Below are positions 32,201 through 44,571 of a stretch of DNA of 64,000 nucleotides, one piece after another (the first letter of the stretch is position 1; each line of letters begins with the position of its first letter). The position numbers and the translations under genes are program-made. The DNA comes from Amoebophrya sp. A120. Taxonomy: Eukaryota; Protista; Dinoflagellata. Where the stretch lies: assembly GCA_905178155.1 (NCBI GenBank), contig CAJINV010000005.1, positions 8,686,449 through 8,750,448 on the forward strand. The letters run 5' to 3'. The notes below the pieces were generated by a model, which saw nothing but the letters and a program-made list of their open reading frames with translations, did no database searches and was not told where the DNA came from.

Positions 32201-35179
32201 TCTCAAACTCCTAAACCATGAATAGCGAAGATCGAAGAACAAGAAAGGCTCTAAATGAGTACGTTGCTTCCGACTGTTCCGAATGGCGTCCACCTCGATC
32301 TGCGGATTCATGCCCGGTGGATACTTTACGGTCTTTTTCATAGAGTCCGAATGCGGCGTCACAATTTTGGTGGCAGATTTCGGAGTTTGGTCCACCAGAC
32401 TCATGCCTGGCGGGGGAAAAGCGAGTGCGTTCTGCAGCCGGAGCTTTTTCAATTTTTCCTTTTTCGCCGATTTCGCTTCGGCTTCTTCCTGTTTATTTCC
32501 CTTCACCTCGAGCTCGATCTTCGTCTTCGCCGCCTGCAGGGTCGTAGTGGAAGAAGTGGCGGCGCAGTTGCTTGCACTATTTTCAACAGTGCCTGCAGAT
32601 GGAGTTGTTCCAGAAGAAGTCTTATGGATTGCAAAAATGTCTGGGTCTGGAAGAATGCAGGAGTTTGTCATGCAGATTTTGCATGACGCATGAGGTCTGT
32701 GATGCATGCCCTAGCATCAGAGATTTTGCGAGGGATTTCTGATGCTCATACCGCATGAGAAATGCCCTCTCTATGTAGCACAAATTGCACCTCTTTTGCT
32801 GTTCATGCAAGACAGATTTTATGTAGATTCCAAAAGTAGCATCACAAGTTGTTTCCTTCTAGACCCAGACATTTTTACATTTGGTAGGTCTGCTTTAATA
32901 CCAATGGCGGGCTGGCCAGCTCATGCAGCGAAGAGGAATCATCCACCGGCGCAGCAGAGACGCTACCTTCCTCTACTCCGGATGCAGAAGCAGAAGTTTT
33001 TCCCGCGGTCGTTGTAGACGCAGACGCAGTGGCTACAACAGTATTCGGTGCAACAAACTGCGGTGCTGGTAATTTCTGCTTCAGCACTTTTCCTCCGGCC
33101 GCTGCCTGCTGCTTCATCAACCAGTTGGACTCAGCCTCATCGAGATGAGCGGTTGGCTTGTTCGAAGTGTACGTTGCCTGGTCGACGTTGCTCATCAACT
33201 GCGCAGAACTGGTGTTCTTGTGCCCCTTGGTGATGTTTTCCGGCACGCTGCCCTTGCCTTTCTGATGCTGCGGCGACTTGCCCGTTGCTCCTTTACCTTT
33301 TCAATTTTTGAACAGACTAACAGAGAAGCTCGACGTGACCGGGGAGGTCACGTCCACCCGGCCGGCCGGCCGGCCGGACCGTGACCGGGGGTAGATTATG
33401 TCCCGCGGCTGCTATCCGGGCGCGGGCTGCGCCAGATGTTAGTTTTGCAAGCAGAGCCGCTCCGGCTCCACCCGCAGTGCCTATAATCGAAAGCCTGGGT
33501 GGGCCTCAGGCTCCTGCAAAGTAGCTAGCGTTGCGGGGGCGGATTTTATTTATGCAGTAGCTACTGTAGCGAGACACCGCTGGCAACCGCTCGAAACACC
33601 CTGCCCACCCACCCCACCCCAACCCCACCCTCACTCACACGGCTGCGACTCCCCCACCCCCGTCCGTTTCCCCGACTTTGCTTGCGCGCAAACGGAGAAA
33701 AGGGGCTGGGGACAGGAATGCACTGCCACTTCGTGGCGCTGCCACTTGGATCCGCCTGAGCTCGGACGACGCGCCGCATATTGAGACCTGTGGCTCTCAG
33801 GCGCAGTGACCTGAACCCTAGCACTGAACGACTTTGGCTCAAGGTACAGCGCCACGACCTCCTGGTGCCCCCATGCCCTTTTCACTCTTCGCGCGAAGGG
33901 TGAAAAGGGGCCGGGGGTGTGAAGTCATGGCGCTGTGCAATGAGCCATAAATGTCGCGACGCAGACTTCGCGTCTTTGCCACAGTCATAGGTCCGCGTCA
34001 ATATCATGCAGCACGCCCATGGGCGTCAGCAGGTCGGATGCGTTGTATATTGAGCCCAGAGCGAAGTCGTGGCTCCGAGGTTTAGTGAGCCGCACTCTAG
34101 TACCACTGGACGACTTCGGCTCAAGGCACAATGCCGCGACTTGCCTGTTGCTCCTTTCTGATGCTGCGGCGACTTGCCTGTTGCTCCTTTACCTTTTCAT
34201 TTTATACAGAATCAGCCAGAGATAGATCATCCTTTGGATGATCGTAGGCTTCCAGTGGGAAGCCGTCTTCACCGGAAGGGCATGAGCGCCCGCGATGGGG
34301 CACCGCTTCCAGTGGGAAGCCGTCTTCACCGGAAGGGCATGAGCGCCCGCGATGGGGCACCCCGCCACCGCCGAAGGAGCCACGCGCCGAAGCAACCCCA
34401 AAGAACCCGCAGGAAGCGGAGCGACCCAGCGATGAATTTGGGGGACAACACGCCCCATCGAAAAGGCCGCGCAGCCCTGGAAGGCGGGAAAGCAATATTT
34501 ATAAGTTCCAGCCAAAAAACACAGTGAGCAACGTAATGCGGGACCGGAAGTCTTCCTTAATAGCCTGCAAGGCAGGCGATATCATTTAAACCCGTAGCAG
34601 CCTCCAAACAGTGCGCAATCAATGGCGCCAAAGACGCCAAATAGCGCCGACCTTGGTCGTTTTATCCGTGACCTTTCTCGCAACGTAAAATTGGCAAAGG
34701 CCAGATACAAAAAGCCCTGTGGGAGCTCAATAAACCCAGCTGAATACAACAAGCCCCCGGCTTTTCTTATCCCAGTCTCCCCCTCTGCAAGGGTAACGGA
34801 TTGGGCTCGGAGCCCGTTTACCGCCAGTGCCAAACAGCCGAGAAAGGTCAGGATAAAAACAACCAAGGCCATTGAGATTGACCGCGAGATGAAACCAAAT
34901 GTAAAGAGAGACAGCTCGTCCAGAACCAGGTCAAAGACCGTGACCAGGAACCCTAGACATCACCAGACAAAGCGCCGCCAGAATCTCTGACCGAAATGGG
35001 TCAGGGCTCGCAATAACACGGCCAGCCGGGGTTTAATTTCAACCCCGTCTCACCGGACAATCTTAATAAAACATCTGGCCAGGGTTTAATCTCAACCCTG
35101 TCTCACCAGATAAAATAAAGCCTTTGCCTTTCTGATGCTGCGGCGACTTGCCTGTTGCTCCTTTACCTTTTCGTTTCAT
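26204..35179 (-). CDS. Large low-complexity hypothetical protein (multi-exon; may be two genes)
   Basis: Putative start MKRKGKGATGKSPQHQKGKG at 35179; exon ORFs 32875-33246, 32174-32707, 30942-31928, 29251-29727, 27959-28603, 27305-27688 and 26713-27231; ends QNQD|PKKYYEWFKMTL|QKKEKHGKQQL*. Confidence 0.55.
26245..26499. mobile_element. TIR introner family B
   Basis: tatggattgcaaaaatgtctgggtctggaag...cttccagacccagacacttttacatttgata, perfect DR cagcg. Confidence 0.93.
26540..26804. mobile_element. TIR introner family B
   Basis: Family B TIRs, perfect DR ggtcc. Confidence 0.93.
27750..28074. mobile_element. TIR introner family C
   Basis: tatcaaaaggaaaaatcccccctcccc...ggggagggggatgtttcctctcaata, perfect DR tacca. 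Confidence 0.9.
28145..28420 (-). repeat. 138-bp in-frame coding tandem duplication
   Basis: EPKSISLSACLGF...SLSECHLDEVES.GNQTVFVL.QQERE occurs twice. Confidence 0.9.
28597..28768. mobile_element. TIR introner family A
   Basis: tatgcattgcaaaggtac...tacttttgcaattcaaattcata, DR cttg(c/t). Confidence 0.8.
29005..29262. mobile_element. TIR introner family B
   Basis: Very similar to 26245-26499 along its whole length. Confidence 0.92.
29728..30776. mobile_element. TIR introner family D carrying a nested element
   Basis: tatggcgttctcaactgttacattctcaactg...cagttgagaatgccata, perfect DR cccat; host is 236 bp without the insert. Confidence 0.9.
29923..30735 (-). mobile_element. Non-autonomous Helitron-like element nested in an introner
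   Basis: Minus strand: a|ttaatattta start; 3' hairpin agcgtggggaccctgtccccacgct + 9 nt + cttg|t; internal ~90-bp duplication and a (ggtcacctgtcNN)n array at ~30585-30685. Confidence 0.7.
30857..31092. mobile_element. TIR introner family D
   Basis: Perfect DR atcgg; 236 bp; opposite orientation to the 29728 copy. Confidence 0.92.
32623..32886. mobile_element. TIR introner family B
   Basis: Family B TIRs, DR (a/g)gtct. Confidence 0.9.
33254..35172. mobile_element. Composite insertion: two inserts delimited by three copies of a ~49-bp coding direct repeat
   Basis: cctttctgatgctgcggcgacttgcc(c/t)gttgctcctttaccttttc at ~33254-33302, ~34153-34198 and ~35124-35172. Confidence 0.65.
34248..34361. 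repeat. 57-bp exact tandem duplication
   Basis: gcttccagtgggaagccgtcttcaccggaagggcatgagcgcccgcgatggggcacc occurs twice. Confidence 0.9.
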
Positions 35180-35283
35180 GAATGATGGTGATACTAACAA
35201 CCGAATCTGTTTATGCGAAGAATAGTCATAGATACTGAAGAATCATTTCCATGCAAGTAGTATCAGGACGTGAAACAGGCGAT

Positions 35284-38200
35284 TTAACTTGTACCCTTCA
35301 CATGTCCGTATAATCCCCCGCCGTCGTTTTTGTTCGGACCATAACACACCCCCTTTTCCTGCTGCTTGCCCCACGGCATGATCATGGGGCCAGCACAACT
35401 ACTACCTTTGCCACCGTAAGAGTTGTAGTTGTCTTTGCAGGATGTTGGAATATTCGCTCCGTAATAAGGTCCATCCTTACAACCACCGTCCTTTCCGCCG
35501 AACACGCCCTGACTGTACATCAAGCCGAATTCGTCTTGCGCCGGTTTATTTCCCTTCATATTGTTCTGCAACGCAGGTCCTTTCAGCGGGCCGGTGTAGC
35601 CTCCTTTCAACGCCAGATGATCGATTTCCGACAAATTGCATTTGCCGGCCCCGTAACCCCCTCCGCTCTTGTTAAACCGTGCGGATTGGTTATCCAGGAA
35701 AAAAAGTGTGTAAGTGTAACTTTCTTTGTGGAACAGCATCACAAATTTACTCTACATGACAGAGAAAACCTGTCATGCGTGGCTTGTAATCAAAAACACA
35801 TACGAAAAGAGGACTTCGTGGCTGTCTGGCATGACAGGTGTAACTCTGTTGCATGTTCTGCAACACAAATTTACACTATACACAGTTTTTTTCTTGCATA
35901 TTGGTGCTGGTTGTGCGCCATCTGGGCCGTGGCTTCCCGGTTCTGCAGAGCGGGGTGCTGCTGGTTCGGTGGATGCAGATGAAGATGCTGCTGCTGATGG
36001 TAGTTGTTGTAATGGCCCCCGTTGTAGGAGGAACAAGGGCCGTCTTTGAATGAAAAGTTATTTCCGTAGTCCCCGTGGTTCATAGCGTTACCCCGATGTT
36101 GCTGTTGGAAACTATTATAGTAGTTGTTTTCGTACAATTTCTTCTGCTTTTTATCTTCCGTCGGGGAAATGTAAAGCCGGCTGTGGTCCACCTTGTGGGG
36201 CTTCCGTGCAGATTTCGGCTCTCCGTCATCCCCCGAAGATGCGGGAGTAGAGGACGCGGCCTTGGGTTCCGGCGAAAGTAGGCTGACATCTTCGGCGCCA
36301 TCCGGTCCTTCCGCCCCAAGGGTCGTGGTGCTCTTGCTGTGCAGCGGGGTTCTTGTGGCCGCCACATCAGTGGCGGTTTGCTCACCAGCAGAGGCAGGTT
36401 CTTGCTCGGTCGAGGTTGCAGCTCCCTGCTCTTGCACTGCCGTCGTCTGCGCTTGATCTTCTTGACTCTGCTTTGCTGCAGGAGCCTCCACCTCAGGAAC
36501 GGCTGGTGTCGAGATTTTTTTCATCGTTTAAAATGTTGTAAAAACATCAAAGCATCACTAGTATTCACAAGATAAATTTTTTTCAGTGCACATGATGATA
36601 GATCAAGAACATAAATTGCCGCAGAACTGTACTGTGTCTTTTATGCTAGTCCCTGCAGACACAAGACTACATCGCAGATTTTTTTATACAATGCAGACGA
36701 TACTGAAGAATAAGTTGCATATTACCTTGTTCTCCCGACGAACTCGAATTGTTACCCTCGCTTTGCTCCTGTCCTGGGCCGGTACCAGCGTAAGCACCCA
36801 CCTGGTGCCTCGCTTGCAGCTCGTTATCGTTGCGGCCTGATGTTGTGCATGGAAAATAACAAGTAGAAACAGTCCCTAGATAGAAGAAGTCCTTGTGAAT
36901 GTGAAGTGATTGTGATAATATCTTGCATGACAAACCTTAGTTTTCCGAGCGATATCAGCATTACAAATCAATACAGTTTTATTAAATTTCTACCCGAGTC
37001 ATCCGAACTCGGAGATTGGAACTGGTCGAGCAGATGAAAGTACGCTATGACAGTGCACAACCCTTCCTCCTCATTTGTATTGCATGAACAGCAATACAGG
37101 CATGCATCAGCAAAAGTGCCGGCTTTGCATGACAAATTTAGACTGGATTATAGTGCTACTTGGGCTACCAGAACTTGTCATGCAAACAGTGCCAAGAGGC
37201 AAAGTGTGGACTGGGTATTCTGCATGACAAATGAGAAGGAGGGGGCGATGTGCACCTTCATATACGCTATCGAATTCATATTAATCGCGTTGTAGTCCGC
37301 CTTGTGCCCCGAGGAAGTAGTGGTCTCGCGTTGGCGGCCGGTGACTCGGGTCGAAAGACCGCCTCCTGCGGACGCAGCCGCAGCCGCCGGAGCCGCAGCG
37401 GGGACCAGGTGCCGCGAAAGTTGCGACGTCGAGCCGGTCGTGGTCATATTTATGCATTGCAAAAGTTAAAGCATCGTACTCGTACTACTTGCAGTTATGC
37501 ATTACAAATCTACAAGTTGCTAAGGTAAATCAGCATTACAAATTTAATTTGTAATGCGATTTGTACTAGGTCGATACTTTTGCACTGGATAATATTTCCG
37601 TTGGAACAATGATGCATCATCTTCCCATGATGGTTGATCCCTTTCCCGATGCCTTTCTTGCCATTGCCGTGCTGGGTCATTGTACCAGAAGAATGGTTAG
37701 TACCATTGTTGTTCGCAAAAGAAGGAGCTCCTGCATTCATCCCGGCACCATGGTAGTTATTGTGCTGTTGTTGCCACGAGCCTCCTCGGTTGTAATGCGC
37801 CGCAGGCCGTGCTGCGGGCTGCGCCGGCTGCGGTTTTCCGTTGGACATCTTTCCCGCGCCCTTCTTTCCACCGTGGGGTGCAACGTGGATGCGGGCCATG
37901 GTACTGCCATTGCCGCCGGGGGAGAGGACATGAGTTGTTGTTTTGGTTGAACAATTCTGATTCATCTTCTTCTCGTTTTTGTTCCGGTTGCTTGTACTCA
38001 AGTTCCCATCGAGAAGAAGTACCTTAGCGTGACGACCCGAACCAGGATTGGTGTGGAGGTCCTATCAACTGCAAAAATGTCTGGGTCAGGAAGGATGCGA
38101 ACTTGTGATGCTAACTTTGGACTTTAAAAAAATGTGTGTTGCATGACCAGCAAGAGGAGTCTAGTTTGTGTCACGCGGGGAGGGCGTTTGTCATGCGGGG

Positions 38201-41200
38201 TAGGCATCAGGAAGCCCTCTAAAAATCTGTGATGCTAGGCCGTGCATTACCGACATCCTGGGTCATGCAAAATATGCATGACGAGTCTCAGAATCTTCCA
38301 GACCCAGACATTTTTGCATTTGATAGGTCCGCCGGCGGGACGATCTTCGCGATGGGAATCGTCGCGAGGGACTTAGTATCGCAAGAAAAAACTGTTTCAC
38401 TGTGAACCTGTGATGCAGAGAACGAAACACCAAAGTGTCTGTCTTGCTACACCTGCAACACAATGGATTTTTAAGTGTGTTTTCCGTTGGGAAACACGCA
38501 TGGCAAATCTTCTGTGTCATGTGTAACAAACTTGTGATGCAGATCTCGCAAAACCATCACAGTGAAACAGTTTTTTCTTGGGATACTTAGGCGTGGCCGA
38601 AGTAGAGCCTGCACCTCCTGTCGCGCTTTGCTCGTTCTCACTACCAGTGGAGTCCCGCATGCTTTGCCGGTCCTTGCGCGGGGTAGTACGGTCCACGACG
38701 GTTATCGCAAGAAAAAAGTGTCATACAGTTACACATATGTAGTTGTAACTTCAGCAACACAAACTTGCTCTGCGTGACGGACAAAACTTGCAATGCAGAA
38801 ATCCTAAGAGAATAAAACACGTATGAAAGGCGACTCGCAAGCCTTTCCGGCATGACAGAGGTTGCCTGTCTTGCGAGTTATGCATCACAGTGTGTACTAG
38901 CTGTAACACTTTTTTCTCTGCATAGCGGTCCATTCGTTGCTATCGTCTTTTTCGTGCCGGATTGAAGTGACAGACGTCGGGAGATATCGCAAGAAAAAAC
39001 TGTTTCACTGTGAACTTGTGATGCAGAAAATGGAACACAAAACTCTTTGTCTTGCTACACCTGCAAGGCATTGGATTTTCAAGCGTGTTTTCCCCTATGG
39101 GAAATGCGCGCATGACAAATTTTCAGTGTCATGTGTAGCAAACTTGTGATGCAGATCCTGCAAAGTCATCACAGTGAAACAGTTTTTTCGTGGGATAGGA
39201 GACGAAGATGAGCTACACCTGACGAGAGGATTGGAACTTATCCTGTGCAAAAGTATCGTACTCGTATAAATGCAGGTCTTGCATTACAAATTTCTTTGTC
39301 AAGGCAAATCAGCATTACAAATTTTATTTCTCATGCTGAGAAAATTTGTAATGCATTTATACGAGTACGATACTTTTGCAGTTCATAGAACTGCGTTTAG
39401 TGCAATGCGCACGCTCTTCGTGATTTGGTATTGAGCACCAGCGGATGAAGATCATACATTATCAATTGCAATGTAAAATCAAAATAGAAGTTTAGGTAGA
39501 TCACTGTAGCCGGAGCGAACTGCATTATACAAGGAAATCAATTGCTCTAGAAGCGTGATAATATGCATTTGTAATTGTAAGACCAAAAAGAAAAGTGTGC
39601 TCCTACAATGTCGCTTTCAATACATCCAGACTTTCCGGCCACAGCGATCACCGGACTGTCATCGTCGTTTTCTCCTTGACCGAGCGTTCTCGCCTTGCCA
39701 CAGCCATTCGCATGGTCTGTTCCGTCGGTCATCAACATGGAGTCTTCCGCACCTTAGATTTTTTCGTGAAATGTTGAGATGATCCCGTTGCAAAAAAGAA
39801 GAACCTATTTTGTGTGGCAAAAAAGCCTTGCAGCTTCATCAACAGAACCGTAAAGCAGCAACATCCGTATCAGATGAATAGTACGCATGATAAAAACGAC
39901 TACGGATTTACACTTCCTACCATTAGCCGGCGTCTGAAATTCCATTTTCCCGGATGGATCGGGTTCGGGGCTGAATGTGCGGTCAATGGTGGGAAGCTGC
40001 GCCGAAGGCTTCGCGATCGTGTCAGCGTGCTTCGCTGTGGAGGGCGACTCAAAGAACCTAGTAGTGGTGGATCTGGATGTTGTATAATAAATGATAATGT
40101 GAATAAATCAGCAACACAAATTCTAAACCATTTTGTCATGCATATCCCGATTCCTCCATTATCAACATTACGAATACAGAGCGTCCTCCCCGGCGCCAGT
40201 CGCAGCTGTCGCGGCCCGAGCTGATTGCTCCCCAACGCTTTCCCGATCGCTATGCATTGCAAATATGTCTTGGTCTGAAAACTTGTGATGCAAGGAAGGG
40301 AATAGTGAAAACACTGTAATGCGTTGCCCAGCGTGACAAGTTTTGCCGTGGTTCTGAGTTGCGTACTCCGCATGAGAAACTGGGTTTTTGCATGACAGGC
40401 AAGAGGACCTCTTGGTGGCCACGCAATACAGAGTGCAGAGACATGCCAGACTGACATGACAAATCTCGCAATCTTCCAGACCCAGACATATTTGCATTTG
40501 ATAATCGCTTTCAATGTACCAAATCGGCTTGAAAGATTGTTTGGAGCACGCACGTATGCATTGCAAAAGGGTCGAATTTGTACTAGTTGCGCTATATGCA
40601 TTACAAATCTAGTTGCTAAGGTAAATCAGCACGACAAATTCTATTTGTCATGCTTACCGAATTTGTGATGCGATTTCTACTAGTAGCACGATCCTTTTGC
40701 AATGCATAGCACGCAGCCGCTGGTGCTCTTCTTCGTTCTCCGATGCGTTGCTGCTTCCTTCTTCATCATCCTCGGACGAACTATACGCCTTTTTGTCCGC
40801 CAAAGCCAACTCCATGTTCAAAATCTCGTCTCGGGCAGACACAGAGGTGGTGCGCTTTATGGAGTTCTCAAATGTTACTTTCTCAACTGGTGTTACATGA
40901 ATTTGTAATACAAGAACGGCAAAAGTGAGAGGGGGAAAATTGCTTCTTTTGCATTACAAGTTCTGCACACATTTAGGTGCTGTTTAGCCCTTCGAAAATT
41001 TGTCATGCGAAGCAGCTTTCTCGTGTGGAACTTGATGGTAGTTCTGCATGACAAAGTCATGTAACAATTGAGAATGTAACAGTTGAGAACGCCATACGCT
41101 TGAGAGCAGAGGTCGTGTCGTGGTTCGCCGCAGCTGCAGGGGTCTTCGCAGAGGTCGCGGAGTTCTTCGGCACGCTGGTGCTATGATTCTGTGTACTGTA

Positions 41201-42351
41201 TCAAGTGCAAAAATGTCTGGGTCTGGAAGAATGCATGTTTGTCATGCTTGTCTGGCATGAGCATGACTCTTAAATCTGTCATGCAGGCTACCCAAGGGCT
41301 CCATTTTTCTTTGATGCAGAAACACAGTTTGTCATGCAGAATGGGCAACACCTAGAAGCTCAGAAACTTGTCATGCTAAGACAGCACTTGTGGCCTCATC
41401 ATGAGACGCCACCCAACATCACAAGTTTCCAGACCCAGACATTTTTACATTTGATATACTGTCGTTCAAAGCCAGCGCCGCCTGCTCTTGTTCCATCATC
41501 TGCAGCTTCTTCTTCTCTTCCGCTTTTTTCCGCACCAGCCGCTTCTTCCGGTTTTTCTCGTAGTTTTTCGATTTCCCGGTCTGGGAATTGGGTGCATTTT
41601 GCAGGAGCTCAGAAGAAGTTGCACGAGCATCACCTGCGGCATTTTCTGATGCAGTGCCACCAGTGGTAGTAGGGCCCGGACCGCCCAAATAGCTTGAAAT
41701 TATGAAGCCGGGATGATGATGAAAATAATTTTTTTTCTTCACTTTTTCGAAAGAACTGGCCAGAGTGATTTCATTTTTTCCCTGCTTCGGCGACTGGACA
41801 TTCACATTGTTCATGACCTTCCCCGGCGCGGCCGCATCATGATCGTCCTCGGGCAGGGAAGAAGTTTTCGTTTTCAACACGTTGCTCACAGTGGTGTTCT
41901 TTTCCTCCTCTTCAACCACAGCGAGAAATTTCTCGTTCAAATCTTCGCAGATCGAAGAAGAAGTGGAGACCACGACGGCTCCGCGATCATAGTCAGCATC
42001 CTGGTCCAGTTTCTTCCACGGACAGTAGTTGGGGTCGTTCTTGTTCTTCTGGGGCGAGTTGCTTTTCGGCAGGGGCACCGGCAGTTTGCAGAATCGGGGT
42101 GATTCTGCTGGTTGCCGTAACATATTTTTTGCTGTGCCACCAGCAGCTCCAGTGCCGCCGCCGGGGATAGAAGGAGAAAGATTCTCCTTGTTCACATAAT
42201 TTTTTCCAGCAGCGCTGGTACCATTGCTCGTTGTTCCGCCGCCGGACTTGGCGGCCGTGGTGGTCCCATCGAGAAGCTTCGGCCACTCGTGGTCCACCTT
42301 CTTGGACTGCTGTTTTTGGCAGGTGATAACTTTGCTCATCACGCCAGACAT
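35284..42351 (-). CDS. Large low-complexity (Gly/Asn/His/Gln, GKG-rich) hypothetical protein; possibly two genes split near 39.5-39.9 kb
   Basis: Start MSGVMSK at 42351; the frame is continuous across elements 39239, 38985, 38703, 38377 and 38063 when each element plus one DR is removed (…IRHEKDDSNEWT|VVDRTT…ATPK|SLATIP…PPAD|LHTNPG…); last exon 35284-35690. Confidence 0.55.
35691..35900. mobile_element. TIR introner family F
   Basis: tatccaggaaaaaaag...gttttttttcttgcata, perfect DR ttggt. Confidence 0.92.
37046..37262. mobile_element. TIR introner family H
   Basis: tatgacagtgcaca...tgtgcaccttcata, perfect DR tacgc. Confidence 0.88.
37451..37591. mobile_element. TIR introner family A
   Basis: Family A TIRs, perfect DR atatt. 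Confidence 0.9.
38063..38325. mobile_element. TIR introner family B
   Basis: Family B TIRs, perfect DR ggtcc. Confidence 0.92.
38377..38585. mobile_element. TIR introner family F
   Basis: tatcgcaagaaaaaactgtttcactgtga...tcacagtgaaacagttttttcttgggata, perfect DR cttag. Confidence 0.93.
38703..38924. mobile_element. TIR introner family F
   Basis: tatcgcaagaaaaaagtgt...acactttttttctctgcata, DR (a/g)cggt. Confidence 0.88.
38985..39197. mobile_element. TIR introner family F
   Basis: Close paralogue of the 38377 copy, perfect DR ggaga. Confidence 0.93.
39239..39387. mobile_element. TIR introner family A
   Basis: Family A TIRs, perfect DR gaact. Confidence 0.93.
40251..40503. mobile_element. TIR introner family B
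   Basis: Family B TIRs, perfect DR atcgc. Confidence 0.92.
40555..40708. mobile_element. TIR introner family A
   Basis: tatgcattgcaaaagg...ccttttgcaatgcata, perfect DR gcacg. Confidence 0.9.
40858..41096. mobile_element. TIR introner family D
   Basis: Family D TIRs, perfect DR cgctt. Confidence 0.92.
41199..41456. mobile_element. TIR introner family B
   Basis: Family B TIRs, perfect DR tactg. Confidence 0.92.
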
Positions 42352-44248
42352 CTTCGTGGCTTTTGGAGTTAGACAAAAGAAACGATGGAGATGGTAGATA
42401 TAGTAGAATATTAAGAGTGTTTGATGTATTGCGGCACGTTGTTGTAAGTAACAACGCCCGAGAAGTTTGTATTTGAATAAAATAAAGTTTGAGGAACTTC
42501 TTGAAACTGTTACACTTACTTCACGAGGTTTCGGTCTTACCACGAGGAGACGTAGCACCACCGAAACTTCTTAGGTGTAATATCAAAGCCTTTAGAAAAT
42601 CCCAGGGGAATACTTAGCAATACTTTGGAGACCCTAGAGGGGGAGAAATTGTAAATTCTGTACTTGTACTATTTATAAAGAAAGAAATATAAAAAAATAC
42701 CCCGGGGATGTTACTTGATGATAAGGAGCGACTGAAACAAAACACTCTAAAAGAACAAACTTTGGAGAACCAGCAAACGGCGAATAAACCAGGCTCTCAT
42801 ACAAGAACAGTTTTACAGTACCGACGAGCTTGATAAACAATTTTTTTATTCCAAGAACAAAGTAGAGAAATGGTGCTCAAGCTCGGCGATTTCGAGAAAA
42901 AAATCGGAGAAACTCGGAGTAGAAAAGAACTATTTAATACAGCTGCACCACGATATGTTGAAACTTTAATATGGAAAAGATCTAAGTCTTTCAATTCTGG
43001 AATTCAAATGCTGTTGGTACTATGAAGAACAGAAGAACGAAAGAAGTAAAAGTGATGGATAAGTTTGTCACGTGTTTAATTTTTTTTCCCGCTACTACGT
43101 TGCTATTTGACTAGGACTAGCGCCTATTTTCGAAGATACGTGCTTTACTTCTATGTGAGGAGATGGTGGAAAAAAAACAGAGTACACTCCGGAAGATGAT
43201 GTTGAAAATAGCACGGACGAAGAAATCCTTCCCGGAAAGGAAAAGATCCTTTGTTTTGGAGCGCGAAGTATCGACAACGGCCGAGTTAGGCAGATACTTC
43301 TTTTTCTTGTTTGGTACAACTATGCGTAAGTTTTCTTTCACCTCTCCGAGTTAGTGTTGTGCTACTAGACCGTCTGAATAAAGCTAGTGCTTTTTATTTA
43401 GAAGGACAGTTGCTGAAGTTTTTTGTTTTCAAGGATTCTAGCGAATCAGCTCGTATCCTGTTTTTTCCTGTGGTCATGGGTTTGTTGATGATTCAATAAC
43501 AACTGGCGGAGCGGTGTAGTATGCATCTACATCTTTAACTGTGAAGACGTTCTTGCTGCACGTCAAGTACCAAAATCTGTATACAAACTACAACTTCAGT
43601 GTGGTTCGTGCGACAGTAGCAAAGAGAAAAACTCAAGCTCAATTATACGCGAGAGATAGAAGAGCAAGCTAATGTGAAATAAACACGAGCATTTGGGTGC
43701 AATTTAATCAACGTACCGGATCTTCTGTCCTCCTCGTGCATGGAACAGGAAGCGGAAAAAAGAGATCTTGAGTCTTCGGCACCATCACACAAATCCTTCT
43801 TGGGCAAGAAACTGTTCAACCTTTCCAACTACACACGCGTGGTCGTCCTGAATACGGACTACAGCAGCTTTTTTTTCAGCGCTCAAGTTAGTAGCACAGC
43901 TAATACACAGCATCTTCACGACACATCGGTCGGAAAAAAAACAGTGGATTTGATGAACACGACGAGGGAAGTGCAATTGTGTAAAATAGCAGTGCCTGAG
44001 CCTCCTCAGTCAGCTAGACGCCGTGGCTCTATACCGAGCAGCGAGCCCCTGCACGACTCGGTGAACAAGGTCACTCAGCGACGAGGTCTGCAGCATCGCC
44101 GGTATACATTCATTCACGTTTCTACAAGTACGTTTACTTACAAAACTTTCTTCACGCGCTTCTTTATCTCCAGCTAGTTTCATTTTTTCGAAACTGTTTT
44201 TGTTGAAAAATCTGGAAGATTTTTTGTTCTTTGCTTTCTGTCGTGCTG

Positions 44249-44510
44249 TATCAGCTGTAAAAATGTCTGGGTCTGGAAGAATCCAACTTGTCATGCTGAT
44301 TTTGGATTCGAAAAAAATCTGTATTGCATGAGCAGCAAAGAGAGTCCAAATTTTGCAGCACGGAAAGAGCATTTGTCATGCGGAATAGGCTTCAGGAAGC
44401 CCTCTAAAAATCTGTGATGCTAGGGCATGCATCACAGGCTTGAGGAGTCGTGCAAAATGTGCATGACAAACCTGGCAATCTTCCAGACCCAGACATTTTT
44501 ACAGTTAATA
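44249..44510. mobile_element. TIR introner family B (no clear host CDS)
   Basis: Family B TIRs, perfect DR tgctg. Confidence 0.9.
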
Positions 44511-44571
44511 TGCTGAAAAAACATTCAACATCTTTTCGGTGTTGTCGTAACTATAACCACCCGCGCAGGGA

